Below, piece after piece: positions 45,959 to 55,369 of a stretch of 64,000 nucleotides of DNA; positions within the stretch are counted from its first letter, which is position 1; every line of letters begins with the position of its first letter. The translations under genes and the position numbers were made by a program. This stretch comes from Anaerolineae bacterium (lineage in GTDB: Bacteria; Chloroflexota; Anaerolineae; S140-20), in assembly GCA_027021705.1 (NCBI GenBank), contig JALUTT010000056.1:64001-128000 (forward strand), given 5' to 3'. Below the pieces are notes generated by a model. It had not been told where the DNA came from. It did not search any database and saw only the letters and a list, made by a program, of their open reading frames with translations.

Positions 45959-48955
45959 ATGAAAGTCAGCCGAAGGGATTTCCTGAAGCTCTCAGGGGCC
46001 GCAGCCGGTAGCCTGCTCTTACCCGGCGGTGCCGCGTTGGCCGTCCGGGAGGCCCCGCAATTCCCACTGCGCAAGAAGGTTGGCGAGGTGACCACCATCT
46101 GCACCTACTGCGCCGTCGGCTGTGGTCAGGTGGTGGCCACGGTAGGTGGCAAGGTGGTCAACATCGAGGGGGACCCGGACCATCCCATCAACCGGGGAGC
46201 CCTCTGCAGCAAGGGCGCGGCCTCCCTACAGATCATCAACAACCCGCGCCGGCTCACCAAAGTGCTCTACCGGGCCCCTGGGGCCACCGACTGGGAGGAG
46301 AAGGATTGGGACTGGGCCTTGGACCGCATCGCCCAGCGCATCAAGGAGACCCGCGACGCCCACTGGATCTCCACGGGCGAGAGCGGCAAGCCGGTCAACC
46401 GCACCGAGGCCATCGCCTTCGTGGGCGGCTCCCAGAACACCAACGAGGAGTGCTACCTCTGGGTGAAGGCGCTGCGGGCGATGGGCCTGGTCTACATCGA
46501 GCACCAGGCGCGCATATGACACTCCGCTACCGTTGCGGCTCTGGCAGAGTCGTTCGGTAGAGGGGCGATGACCAACCACTGGATTGACATCAAGAACGCC
46601 GATGTGATCATGATCATCGGCTCCAACGCGGCCGAGAACCACCCCATTTCCATCAAATGGGTGGAGGAAGCACGCCGCAACGGTGCAGTGCTGATCAGCG
46701 TGGACCCCCGCTTTACCCGGACCTCCGCCCTGGCGGACATCTACGCGCCGTTGCGGTCGGGCACCGACATCGCCTTCATCGGCGGGCTGATCAACTACGT
46801 CTTGGAGAACGAGCTCTACCACAAGGAGTACGTCGCCGAGTACACCAACGCCTCCTTCCTCATCAACCCCGACTTCGGCTTCGAGAACGGCCTCTTCGTG
46901 GGCTACGACCCCAACAAGCGGAAGTACGACAAGTCCGCCTGGTCCTACCAGACCGACGCCGACGGCATCCCCCTCGAGGACAAGACCCTCCAAGATCCCA
47001 ACACCGTCTTCCAGCACCTCAAGCGCCACTACGCCCGCTACGACCTGGACACCGTCTCCGCCATCACCGGCACGCCCAAGGAGGTGCTGGAGAAGGTCTA
47101 CAGCACCTACGCCTCCACCGGTCAGCCGGGCAAGGCCGGGACGATTATGTACGCGATGGGGGCGACGCAGCACACCTACGGCACCCAGAACGTGCGCTCC
47201 TACGCCATCCTCCAGTTGCTCTTGGGCAACATTGGCGTGGCCGGCGGCGGCATCAACGCCCTGCGCGGCCTGCACAACGTGCAGGGTTCCACCGACATGT
47301 GCCTCCTCTTCCACATCCTGCCCGGCTACCTCAAGACCCCCATCGAGGCCGACGAGACGCTGGCGGCCCACCTGGAGCGGGTGACGCCCAGGACCAACGA
47401 CCCCAAGAGCGTCAACTGGTGGAAGAACTACCCCAAGTACATGGTCAGCCTGCTCAAAGCCTGGTGGGGCGATGCCGCGACGCCCGAGAACGACTTCGCC
47501 TTCCACTACCTGCCCCGGAACAGCGCCAACTACTCCCACATCGCCCTCTTCGAGGCCATGTACCGGGGCGACATCAAGGGGTTCATCGTCCTCGGCCAGA
47601 ACCCGGCCGTGGGCGGCCCCAACTCCAACATGGAGCGGAAGGCGATGGAGAACTTGGACTGGCTGGTGGTCATTGACCTGTGGGAGACGGAGACCGCCGC
47701 CTTCTGGAAGCGCCCGGATGTGGACCCCGCCAGCATCCAGACCGAGGTCTTCCTGCTGCCGGCCGCTTCCTACGTGGAGCGGGAGGGGAGCGTGACCAAC
47801 TCCGGCCGCTGGATCCAGTGGCGCTACAAGGCCATAGACCCCATCGGCGATGCCAAGGAGGACCTCTGGATCGTCAACCAGATCATGCGTCGCCTGCGGG
47901 ACCTGTATGCCACCCAGGGAGGGGCCTTCCCCGACCCCATCGTGAACCTCACCTGGGATTACGGCGACGGCCTGCCTGACGCCGAGCAGATCGCCCGGGA
48001 GATCAGCGGCACGGCCCTGGTGGACCTGAAGGACAAGGAGGGCAACGTCATCGTCAAGGCGGGCCAGCAGGTCAAGAACTTCACCCAACTGCGGGACGAC
48101 GGTTCCACCGCCTGTGGCAACTGGCTCTACAACTACTACACCCAGGAAGGCAACCTGGCCAAGCGCCGGGACACGGTGGACAGATCGGGCATCGGCCTCT
48201 ACTCCAACTGGGGCTGGTGCTGGCCGGTCAACCGCCGCATCATCTACAACCGGGCCTCGGTCCACCCCGTCACCGGGGAGCCGTGGGACAAGGAGCATCC
48301 GGTCATCCGCTGGGACCCGGTGGCCAAGAAGTGGATCGGCGACGTGCCCGACGGCGGCACCCCGCCCAACACCATCCACCCCTTCATTATGAAGCCCGAA
48401 GGCCACGCCCGCATCTTCGGTCTGGGGATGGCCGACGGCCCCTTCCCCGAGCACTACGAGCCCTGGGAGAGCCCGGTGCCCAACCTCCTCTCCGGCACCC
48501 AGAACAACCCGGCCTTCAAGATCTGGGCCTCGGAGATGGACTACAAGGGGGAGGCCGACAAGTACCCGATCATCGCCACCACCTACCGGATCACGGAGCA
48601 CATGCAGGCCGGGGCGATGACCCGCAACCTCCCCTGGCTGGTGGAGGCGATGCCGGAGCTCTTCGTCGAGATGAGCCCGGAGCTGGCCGAGGAGAAGGGG
48701 ATCCGCAACGGCGACAAGGTCGTCGTGGAGACGGCCCGGGGCTCGGTGACGGGCGTGGCCCTGGTGACACCTCGTTTCCGCCCCTTCCAGGTGAACGGTC
48801 GGATGCTCCACCAGATCGGCGTGCCCTGGCACTGGGGCTATATGGGCATCTCCACCGGCGACAGCGCCAACGTGCTCACCCCCCACGTGGGCGACGCCAA
48901 CACGATGATCCCGGAGTTCAAGGCCTTCCTGTGCGATGTGAGAAAGGCGGTGTGA
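45959..48955 (+). CDS. fdnG: Formate dehydrogenase alpha subunit, selenocysteine-containing, Tat-exported
   Basis: ORFs 45959..46519 and 46568..48955 are in frame and joined by TGA 46517-46519 in the conserved active site HQARI-U-HSATV. Tat motif SRRDFLK; CTYCAVGC Fe-S motif. Confidence 0.95.
46520..46562 (+). promoter_or_regulatory. Bacterial SECIS-like hairpin
   Basis: Directly after UGA: CTACCG...GCGGCTCT-GGC-AGAGTCGT...CGGTAG nested stem-loop. Confidence 0.75.
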
Positions 48956-48956
48956 T

Positions 48957-49757
48957 ATGGGCAAGGTTGCGATGCTGATAGACACCTCCAAGTGCACCGG
49001 CTGCCGGGGATGTCAGGTGGCCTGCAAAGAGTGGAACGACCTGCCGGCGACCACCACGACCAACTGGGGCAGCTACGAGAACCCGCCCGATCTATCGGCC
49101 TCCACCTGGACCCGCATCTCCTTCCACGAGGTGGCCGATGACCGGGGTGTGCGCTGGCTCTTCTTCAAGGAAGGGTGTCTGCACTGCACCGAGGCGGCCT
49201 GCGTCGAGGTGTGCCCCACGGCCGCCCTCCAGTACCACGAGATGGGCTTCGTCTCGCTGGACGAGGATCGCTGCAACGGCTGTGGCTACTGCGTCGAGTT
49301 CTGCCCCTTCCAGATCCCCCGCCTGGAGATCAACCCCCTCACCGGTCAGGGCAAGGCGTACAAGTGCACCCTCTGCCAGGACCGGGTGACCAACGACCTG
49401 ATCCCGGCCTGTGCCAAGACCTGTCCGGCCAACGCGATCCAGTTCGGGGATCGGGAGGCGATGGTGACGATGGCCCAGAAGCGGGTGGAGGAGTTGAAGG
49501 CCATCGGCTACACCAACGCCGTCGTCTACGGGGACAAGGAGCTGGGCGGGCTGGGCCGCATCTACGTGCTGATGGAGCGGCCCAGCGTCTACGGCCTGCC
49601 GGAGAACCCCCAGGTTCCGGCCTTGACCCGTCTCTGGCAGAAGGGGATCCAGCCCTTCGGCTACGCCGCCGTGGGGCTGACCCTCCTGGGGCTGGGCTTC
49701 AACTGGGTGGTGCAGCGCCGGGTCGCCCGGGCAGCAGAAGCGGAGGAGGAGGGCTAA
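48957..49757 (+). CDS. fdnH: Formate dehydrogenase beta (Fe-S) subunit with C-terminal TM anchor
   Basis: CTGCRGCQVAC, CLHCTEAACVEVC, CNGCGYCVEFC and KCTLC..R...PACAKTC. Confidence 0.93.
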   Translation: MGKVAMLIDTSKCTGCRGCQVACKEWNDLPATTTTNWGSYENPPDLSASTWTRISFHEVADDRGVRWLFFKEGCLHCTEAACVEVCPTAALQYHEMGFVSLDEDRCNGCGYCVEFCPFQIPRLEINPLTGQGKAYKCTLCQDRVTNDLIPACAKTCPANAIQFGDREAMVTMAQKRVEELKAIGYTNAVVYGDKELGGLGRIYVLMERPSVYGLPENPQVPALTRLWQKGIQPFGYAAVGLTLLGLGFNWVVQRRVARAAEAEEEG

Positions 49758-49758
49758 G

Positions 49759-50421
49759 ATGGAAGAGCGATATGTGAAGCGGTTCTCGGCCAGCGAGCGG
49801 TTGGCCCACTGGTTGCACTTCCTGGCCTTCACCGTGCTGCTGGGCACGGGCGGCTTTCTCTACATGCCGGCGTTGCAGCCCTTCACCGTCGGCACCGCCG
49901 GCGAGGCGGCCCGGCTGGCCCATCGCGTGGCGGCCGTCGTCTTCATCGCCTGCCCCCTGATCTACCTCATCGGCGACCCCAAGGGCTTCTTCTACAGCCT
50001 CCGAGAAGCCTTCTCCTGGGGGGCCGAGGACGTTCAGTGGCTGCGGCTGGCCTGGTGCTACTACACGCGGGGGGCCAAGTGCGCGGGCATCCCCCCCCAG
50101 GGCAAGTACAACGCCGGCCAGAAGCTCAACGTCCTCACCCAGATCGTCGCCTTCATCCTCTTCACCGTCACCGGCCTGATTATGTGGTTCGGCCACGGTG
50201 TGGTGTCTCCAGCCCTCTTCCGCTGGGCGGTGATCATCCACGACCTGAGCGTGACGGCGGTGCTGGTCCTCTTCCTGCTGCACCTCTACCTGGTAGCCAT
50301 CCACCCCTTCACCCGCGAGTCCATTATGGCGATGTTCGAGGGGGTGGTGACCCGCGAGTACGCTCAGGAACACCACGCCCGCTGGTACGAGGAGATGAAG
50401 GCCGGCGGTGAGGCCGGATAA
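49759..50421 (+). CDS. fdnI: Formate dehydrogenase gamma subunit (cytochrome b)
   Basis: ERLAHW, GKYNAGQK, heme His ligands and HHARW. Confidence 0.93.
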   Translation: MEERYVKRFSASERLAHWLHFLAFTVLLGTGGFLYMPALQPFTVGTAGEAARLAHRVAAVVFIACPLIYLIGDPKGFFYSLREAFSWGAEDVQWLRLAWCYYTRGAKCAGIPPQGKYNAGQKLNVLTQIVAFILFTVTGLIMWFGHGVVSPALFRWAVIIHDLSVTAVLVLFLLHLYLVAIHPFTRESIMAMFEGVVTREYAQEHHARWYEEMKAGGEAG

Positions 50422-50477
50422 AAGGGCGGGGGTGGCGGGGGCCGTGCCCTCCGCCACCCCCAACGAGCATCCAGGAG

Positions 50478-51254
50478 GTGCCTGTGGCCCGGAGCATCGA
50501 GGGCCTGCTGGAGGCGCTGCGGGAAGCCCGCTCCCGAAACCCCCAACTGGCCTCCACGATAGCGTTCTACGTCGCCCTGCTGGAGGCGCAAGCCCGAACG
50601 GCCCTGCCCGACCTCCCACCGCCCCCATCGCCGGAGGCGGCCCGCCGGGCGCTGGCCGAGGGGCGTCCGCTCATCGAGTTGACCCCCCTGCCGCTGGACG
50701 CGCCGGCCCTGCGGGCGCTGGCGGACGAGGTCTGCACCATCACCGCCCGGCACCGCCCCGAACTGGCCGAGGCCCTGGAAGCCATCCGCGCCCGCCTCTC
50801 CGACGGGGGTCTCCTCGACGAAGGGACCTTCGCCGACGAGGTGGGGGCCTTCGTGCGCACCCAGGCGTGGCGGCCCTTGCTGCGGGCCTGGGCTGCCCGG
50901 ATGGCCGAGCAGGTGGAGATCGCCGACTGGCGGCAGCCCATCTGCCCCTTCTGCGGCAGCCCCCCCGACCTGGGGGCCCTGGGGGCCGAGGACGGCCGGC
51001 GCTACCTGCTCTGCAGCCGCTGCGACACCGAGTGGGCCTTCGCCCGCGTCGCCTGCCCCTTCTGCGGCGACACCCGCCACCAGGCCTACTTCCCCGGCGA
51101 GGACGAGCGGTACCGCCTCTACGTCTGCGACGCCTGCAAGCGCTACCTCAAGGTGGTGGACCTGCGCCGGGGGTGGCGTCCCGTGATGCTGCCCGTCGAG
51201 CGGGTGCTCACCATCCCGATGGACCTGGCCGCCCGCCAGGCCGGTTACCGGTGA
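50478..51254 (+). CDS. fdhE: Formate dehydrogenase maturation protein FdhE
   Basis: CPFCGS, CSRCDTEW, CPFCG and CDACKRYLK. Confidence 0.9.
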   Translation: MPVARSIEGLLEALREARSRNPQLASTIAFYVALLEAQARTALPDLPPPPSPEAARRALAEGRPLIELTPLPLDAPALRALADEVCTITARHRPELAEALEAIRARLSDGGLLDEGTFADEVGAFVRTQAWRPLLRAWAARMAEQVEIADWRQPICPFCGSPPDLGALGAEDGRRYLLCSRCDTEWAFARVACPFCGDTRHQAYFPGEDERYRLYVCDACKRYLKVVDLRRGWRPVMLPVERVLTIPMDLAARQAGYR

Positions 51255-51255
51255 G

Positions 51256-52050
51256 ATGGACCGACGCGAGGGAGGACAGGTTCGCACAGGCTACTACCTG
51301 GTCTGGGACAGCCGCTGGGAGCCGGTGGCGGCGGGCGGGGTGCCCGAGGAAGCTCCCCTCACCCTCTACGTCAACGCCCAGGAACTGGTCACGATGATGG
51401 CCACCCCCATCCGGCAGGAGTGGCTGGCCCTGGGCTTCCTGGCCAACGAGGGGATCATCGAGGGGATGGAGGCGGTGCGGGAGGTCCGCGTCTGCCCAAC
51501 GGGCCGGCGCGTGGACGTCTGGCTCCGCTTCACCCCCCGGCTGCCCCGACGGCCCATCCTGACCTCCGGCTGCGGCGGCGGCATCACCTTCGACGACCTC
51601 TCCCGGCAGGTGAAGCCGGTGACCGCCGACCTCCCGGTGACGCCGGCCCAGATCGCCGACCTGATGCGCCGGCTCTACCAAGCCGAAGGGCTCTACCGCC
51701 AGGTGCGGGGCGTCCACACCTCCGCCCTGAGCGACGGGGAGCGGCTGCTGGTGGTGGCCGAGGACGTGGGGCGGCACAACACGCTGGACAAGGTGCGGGG
51801 GGCCTGCCTGATGCAGGGCATCGAGACGGCGGGCCGGGTCCTGCTCTCCACCGGGCGGATCAGCAGCGAGATGCTGAACAAGGCGGCCCGGATGGGGGTA
51901 CCCGTCGTCGTCTCCCGCACCTCCCCGACGAGCCTCTCCGTCGCCCTGGCCCGGCGCTGGGGCATCACCCTCGTCGGCTACGCCCGGCGGGGCCGGATGC
52001 GCATCTACGCCCACCCGGAGCGAATCCTGGACACCGCCCCCCCGCTCTGA
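51256..52050 (+). CDS. fdhD: Formate dehydrogenase sulfurtransferase FdhD
   Basis: TSGCG, EDVGRHNTLDK and TGRISSEM. Confidence 0.93.
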   Translation: MDRREGGQVRTGYYLVWDSRWEPVAAGGVPEEAPLTLYVNAQELVTMMATPIRQEWLALGFLANEGIIEGMEAVREVRVCPTGRRVDVWLRFTPRLPRRPILTSGCGGGITFDDLSRQVKPVTADLPVTPAQIADLMRRLYQAEGLYRQVRGVHTSALSDGERLLVVAEDVGRHNTLDKVRGACLMQGIETAGRVLLSTGRISSEMLNKAARMGVPVVVSRTSPTSLSVALARRWGITLVGYARRGRMRIYAHPERILDTAPPL

Positions 52051-52057
52051 GGCCCCC

Positions 52058-52507
52058 CTACGCCGTCACGTAGGCCAGGGATTGGATGCGCGTGTCGTGG
52101 AGCCGGTCCCGGACGACCTGGGCGACCCGCTGCATCATCAGGTAGCCGAAGCGCCAGTCGGACTCGAACTCCTTCCAGAGCGCCCGGCGCTCGAAGGCGA
52201 CCACCCGGCACGGCGTCAGGGCCTTGGCGCCGGCCGTGGCCGTGTAGGGGGGCACCACCGTGGACCAGGCGAAGGTCTCGCCGGGCCCCAGCGTGCTGAT
52301 GATGCTCTCCCGGTCCGGGAGTTCCACCACGATGGCGACCATCCCCTCCAGGATCAGGTAGAAGGTGTCCAGTTTCTCCCCCTCGTGGAAGAAGTAGTGG
52401 CCGGCCTCCACCTCCACCTCGTCGGCCACCTTGGCCAGCGTCACGAGCTGGTCCGTATCCAGGCCGGCGAAGAAGGGGTACCGCCGGAGCAGTTCAGGCG
52501 AAACCAT
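52058..52507 (-). CDS. Stand-alone cyclic-nucleotide-binding (cNMP/Crp N-terminal) domain protein
   Basis: LRRYPFFAGL, F.EGE, YLILEG and GPGETF; no HTH. Confidence 0.88.
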   Translation of the reverse strand: MVSPELLRRYPFFAGLDTDQLVTLAKVADEVEVEAGHYFFHEGEKLDTFYLILEGMVAIVVELPDRESIISTLGPGETFAWSTVVPPYTATAGAKALTPCRVVAFERRALWKEFESDWRFGYLMMQRVAQVVRDRLHDTRIQSLAYVTA

Positions 52508-52543
52508 CTCCCTCCTCCTCTCTCAACCCCTCAACCCTAACCC

Positions 52544-52643
52544 TTCACCCTCCCGCAGATTAGGCGCGTTTCCAACGCGAAACCGTGCTTCAAATCGCCC
52601 ATCGGGGCTGAAAGCGCCCTCGACCGGTGACCTGTGGGAGGGT
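52544..52643. repeat. ~97-bp palindromic dispersed repeat, copy A
   Basis: Ends ACCCTCCCGCAG / CTGTGGGAGGGT; imperfect reverse complement of 60623-60721. Confidence 0.85.
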
Positions 52644-52657
52644 AGGCATGGATACTC

Positions 52658-53119
52658 TCAACCCGTCACCAGCAGCCTCACCATCTGAGCGCGAGTGGCC
52701 CGGAGACGGCTGACGATGACCTGGCAGACCCGGGTGATGATGGTGCAGCAGAGCTCGGGGTCGGTCTCAAGGAGCCGGCGCAGGTCGTCCCTCCGGACCC
52801 TGACGGCGCTCACCGGGCTGGCACAGCGGGCCGAGGCGGTGTAGACGTAGGGCTCGACGAGGGCCGACCAGCCGAAGAGGTCGCCGGGGGAGAGGATCGT
52901 CACCGGTTCACGCCGGTCCCCGGAGGCATCCATGTTGACCAGGATGTCCACCCAGCCGTCGAGGAGCAGGTAGAAGGTGTGGGCCGGCTCCCCCTCGGCG
53001 AAGATAAGGGTGCCTCGGGGGAAGGAGACCTCTTCGGCAATGGCGGCCAGTTGCCTCAGTGCCCCCTCGTCGAGACCGGCGCAGAGCGGAAAGCGCTTCA
53101 GAACCTCGGGAGAGACCAT
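52658..53119 (-). CDS. Stand-alone cyclic-nucleotide-binding domain protein (paralogue)
   Basis: MVSPEVLKRFPL, IFAEGE and PGDLFGWSAL. Confidence 0.88.
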   Translation of the reverse strand: MVSPEVLKRFPLCAGLDEGALRQLAAIAEEVSFPRGTLIFAEGEPAHTFYLLLDGWVDILVNMDASGDRREPVTILSPGDLFGWSALVEPYVYTASARCASPVSAVRVRRDDLRRLLETDPELCCTIITRVCQVIVSRLRATRAQMVRLLVTG

Positions 53120-53224
53120 CCTACGTCTTGCGTTTCCCGTGCAGCGTGCTCCGCCGCCGGCGGTCCACAGTCGGCGGTCGGCGGTCTGTGGTCGGCGGTC
53201 CGCGGTCGGCTACCGACAGTCGTT

Positions 53225-55249
53225 TCACGCCATCACCAACTCCCGCTCCCGCTCCCGCTCCCTCCCGTCGGGAGAGCGCACGTCCCACAGGATGCCCTCG
53301 ATCTGAGCCATCACCTGCTCGCTGGTGAAGTGGGCGCCGGTGATGGCGGCGCTGGGGCAGGCCGCCACGCAGGTCCCACACCCCTGGCAGAGGGCCGTCA
53401 CCACCTCCGACACCCCCCGGTCCTCGTGGTAGACGATGGCGTTGTAGGGGCAGAGGTTGTTGCAGATGCGGCAGCCGGAGCAGAGCTCCTCGTTGATGTG
53501 GGCCCGCACCGGCTCCATCAGCACCGTCCCCTGGCTGATCAGGCTGGCCACCCGGGCCGCCGCCGCCGCCCCCTGGGCCACCGACTCGGGGATGTCCTTC
53601 GGCCCCTGGCAGGCCCCGGCGATGAAGACCCCCTCCGTCATCGTCGCCACCGGGTCCAGCTTCGGGTGGCGCTCGACGAAGAAGCCGTCGAAGTCGCACC
53701 CCAGCCCGAAGCGCTGGGCCACCTCCCGCGAGTCGTGCCGCGCCTCCAGCCCCGCGCTCAGGATCACCATATCCACCGGGATGCGCCGCTGTACCCCGAA
53801 GAGGGTGTCGTACACCTGGACGATCAGCTTGCCCTCCTCCTCCGGCGTGCGGGCGGCATCGGTCACCTCGGCCACCCGGCCCCGGATGAAGTGGGTCTCC
53901 TCGTCCATCAACCTCCGGTAGAACTCTTCGTACCCCTTGCCGGGGGTGCGGATGTCAATGTAGAAGTTGTAGACCTCGGCGTTGGGCAGCCGCTCGTGGA
54001 CCAGGTGGGCGAACTTGAGGGAGTACATACAGCAGACCTTGGAGCAGTACTCGTGGTAGTTCTTGTCCCGCGAGCCCACGCAGTGGATGATGGCCACGCT
54101 CTGGGGCTCCGTCACCCCATCCCGCAGGACGATCCGACCCCCCGTCGGCCCCGCCGCGTTCACCATCCGCTCGAACTCCAGGCTGGTGAAGACGTTGGCC
54201 AGCCGCCCGTAGCCATACTGGGGAATCCGGCGCGGGTCGAAGAGGTCGTACCCCGTCGCCAGAATGATGTTCCCCACCTCGATCTGCAGGATCTCGTCCT
54301 CCTGCTCGAAGTCTATGGCTTTGGTCGGGCAGAGGATTTCACAGGCCCGACACTTCCCTCGCTCGAAGTAGATGCAGTTCTCCACGTCAATGACGGGGTA
54401 CTTGGGCACCGCCTGGGGGAAGGGGCGGTAGATCGCCTTGCGGTAGCCCAGCCCGGCCTCGAAGACCTCGTCCAGCACCTTCTTGGGGCACTTCTCCTCG
54501 CAGATGCCGCAGCCGGTGCAGAGCTCCTCGTTGACGTAGCGGGCCTTCTTGCGCACGGTGACGGTGAAGTTGCCGATGTACCCCTCCACCTCCTCCACCT
54601 CGCTGTAGCTCAGCAGGGTGATGTGGGGGTGCTGCCCCACCTCGACCATCTTGGGGGTGAGGATGCAGGCGGAGCAGTCGAGGGTGGGGAAGGTCTTGTC
54701 CAACTGGGCCATATGGCCGCCGATGGAGGGCTCCCGCTCGACCAGGTAGACGGGGTAGCCGGCGTTGGCCAGCTCCAGGGCGGCGGTGATGCCGGCGATG
54801 CCGCCGCCGACGACGAGGGTGGCGGGGTTGATCTGGACGGGCAGGGGCTCCAAGGGCTGATGGTGGACGACCCGCTCGATGGCCCCTTTGACCAATGCCT
54901 TGGCCTTCTCGGTGGCCGCCTCCCGGTCGTCGGTGGCCCAGGAGTTGTGCTCGCGGATGTTGGCCATCTCGAAGAGGAAGGGGTTGAGGCCGGCTCGCTG
55001 ACAGGCGGTGCGGAAGGTCTTCTCGTGCATGTGGGGGGAGCAGGCGGCGACGACGACGCGGGTGAGGCCCAGTTCGCGGATGTCCTCTTCGATGAGGTCC
55101 TGGCCCAGGCTGGAGCACATGAACTTGTAGTCGCGGGCCACCGCCACGTGGGGCTGCTCACCGGCCCAGCGGGCGACCGCTTCCACGTCCACCGTGCGGG
55201 CGATGTTCGTACCGCAGTGACAGATGTAGACACCGACTCTCTCAGCCAT
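53225..55249 (-). CDS. hdrA: Heterodisulfide reductase subunit A-like flavoprotein (FAD, multiple 4Fe-4S)
   Basis: VGVYICHCG.NI, VVAACSP..HE, GGGIAG, DKTFPTLDCSACIL, HCVGSRD, YCSKVCC and GPKDIP. ATG at 55249. Confidence 0.95.
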   Translation of the reverse strand: MAERVGVYICHCGTNIARTVDVEAVARWAGEQPHVAVARDYKFMCSSLGQDLIEEDIRELGLTRVVVAACSPHMHEKTFRTACQRAGLNPFLFEMANIREHNSWATDDREAATEKAKALVKGAIERVVHHQPLEPLPVQINPATLVVGGGIAGITAALELANAGYPVYLVEREPSIGGHMAQLDKTFPTLDCSACILTPKMVEVGQHPHITLLSYSEVEEVEGYIGNFTVTVRKKARYVNEELCTGCGICEEKCPKKVLDEVFEAGLGYRKAIYRPFPQAVPKYPVIDVENCIYFERGKCRACEILCPTKAIDFEQEDEILQIEVGNIILATGYDLFDPRRIPQYGYGRLANVFTSLEFERMVNAAGPTGGRIVLRDGVTEPQSVAIIHCVGSRDKNYHEYCSKVCCMYSLKFAHLVHERLPNAEVYNFYIDIRTPGKGYEEFYRRLMDEETHFIRGRVAEVTDAARTPEEEGKLIVQVYDTLFGVQRRIPVDMVILSAGLEARHDSREVAQRFGLGCDFDGFFVERHPKLDPVATMTEGVFIAGACQGPKDIPESVAQGAAAAARVASLISQGTVLMEPVRAHINEELCSGCRICNNLCPYNAIVYHEDRGVSEVVTALCQGCGTCVAACPSAAITGAHFTSEQVMAQIEGILWDVRSPDGRERERERELVMA

Positions 55250-55369
55250 AGCTCTCCCTCCCTCGCTGCGCATTTCGCGTCCGATGCCAGGGGTGGTGTG
55301 CTGCCCACCTTATGTTGCCGACCGCGGACCGCCGACGGACGACCGCTACGCGCAAGCACGCATCGCACC

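Noticed and set aside
45959..48955. Split or pseudogenised formate dehydrogenase
   Set aside because: The stop is an in-frame TGA at the catalytic Sec/Cys position followed by a SECIS-like hairpin.
54655..54700. Selenocysteine in HdrA
   Set aside because: The relevant motif is encoded with Cys (DCSACIL) and the frame is uninterrupted.
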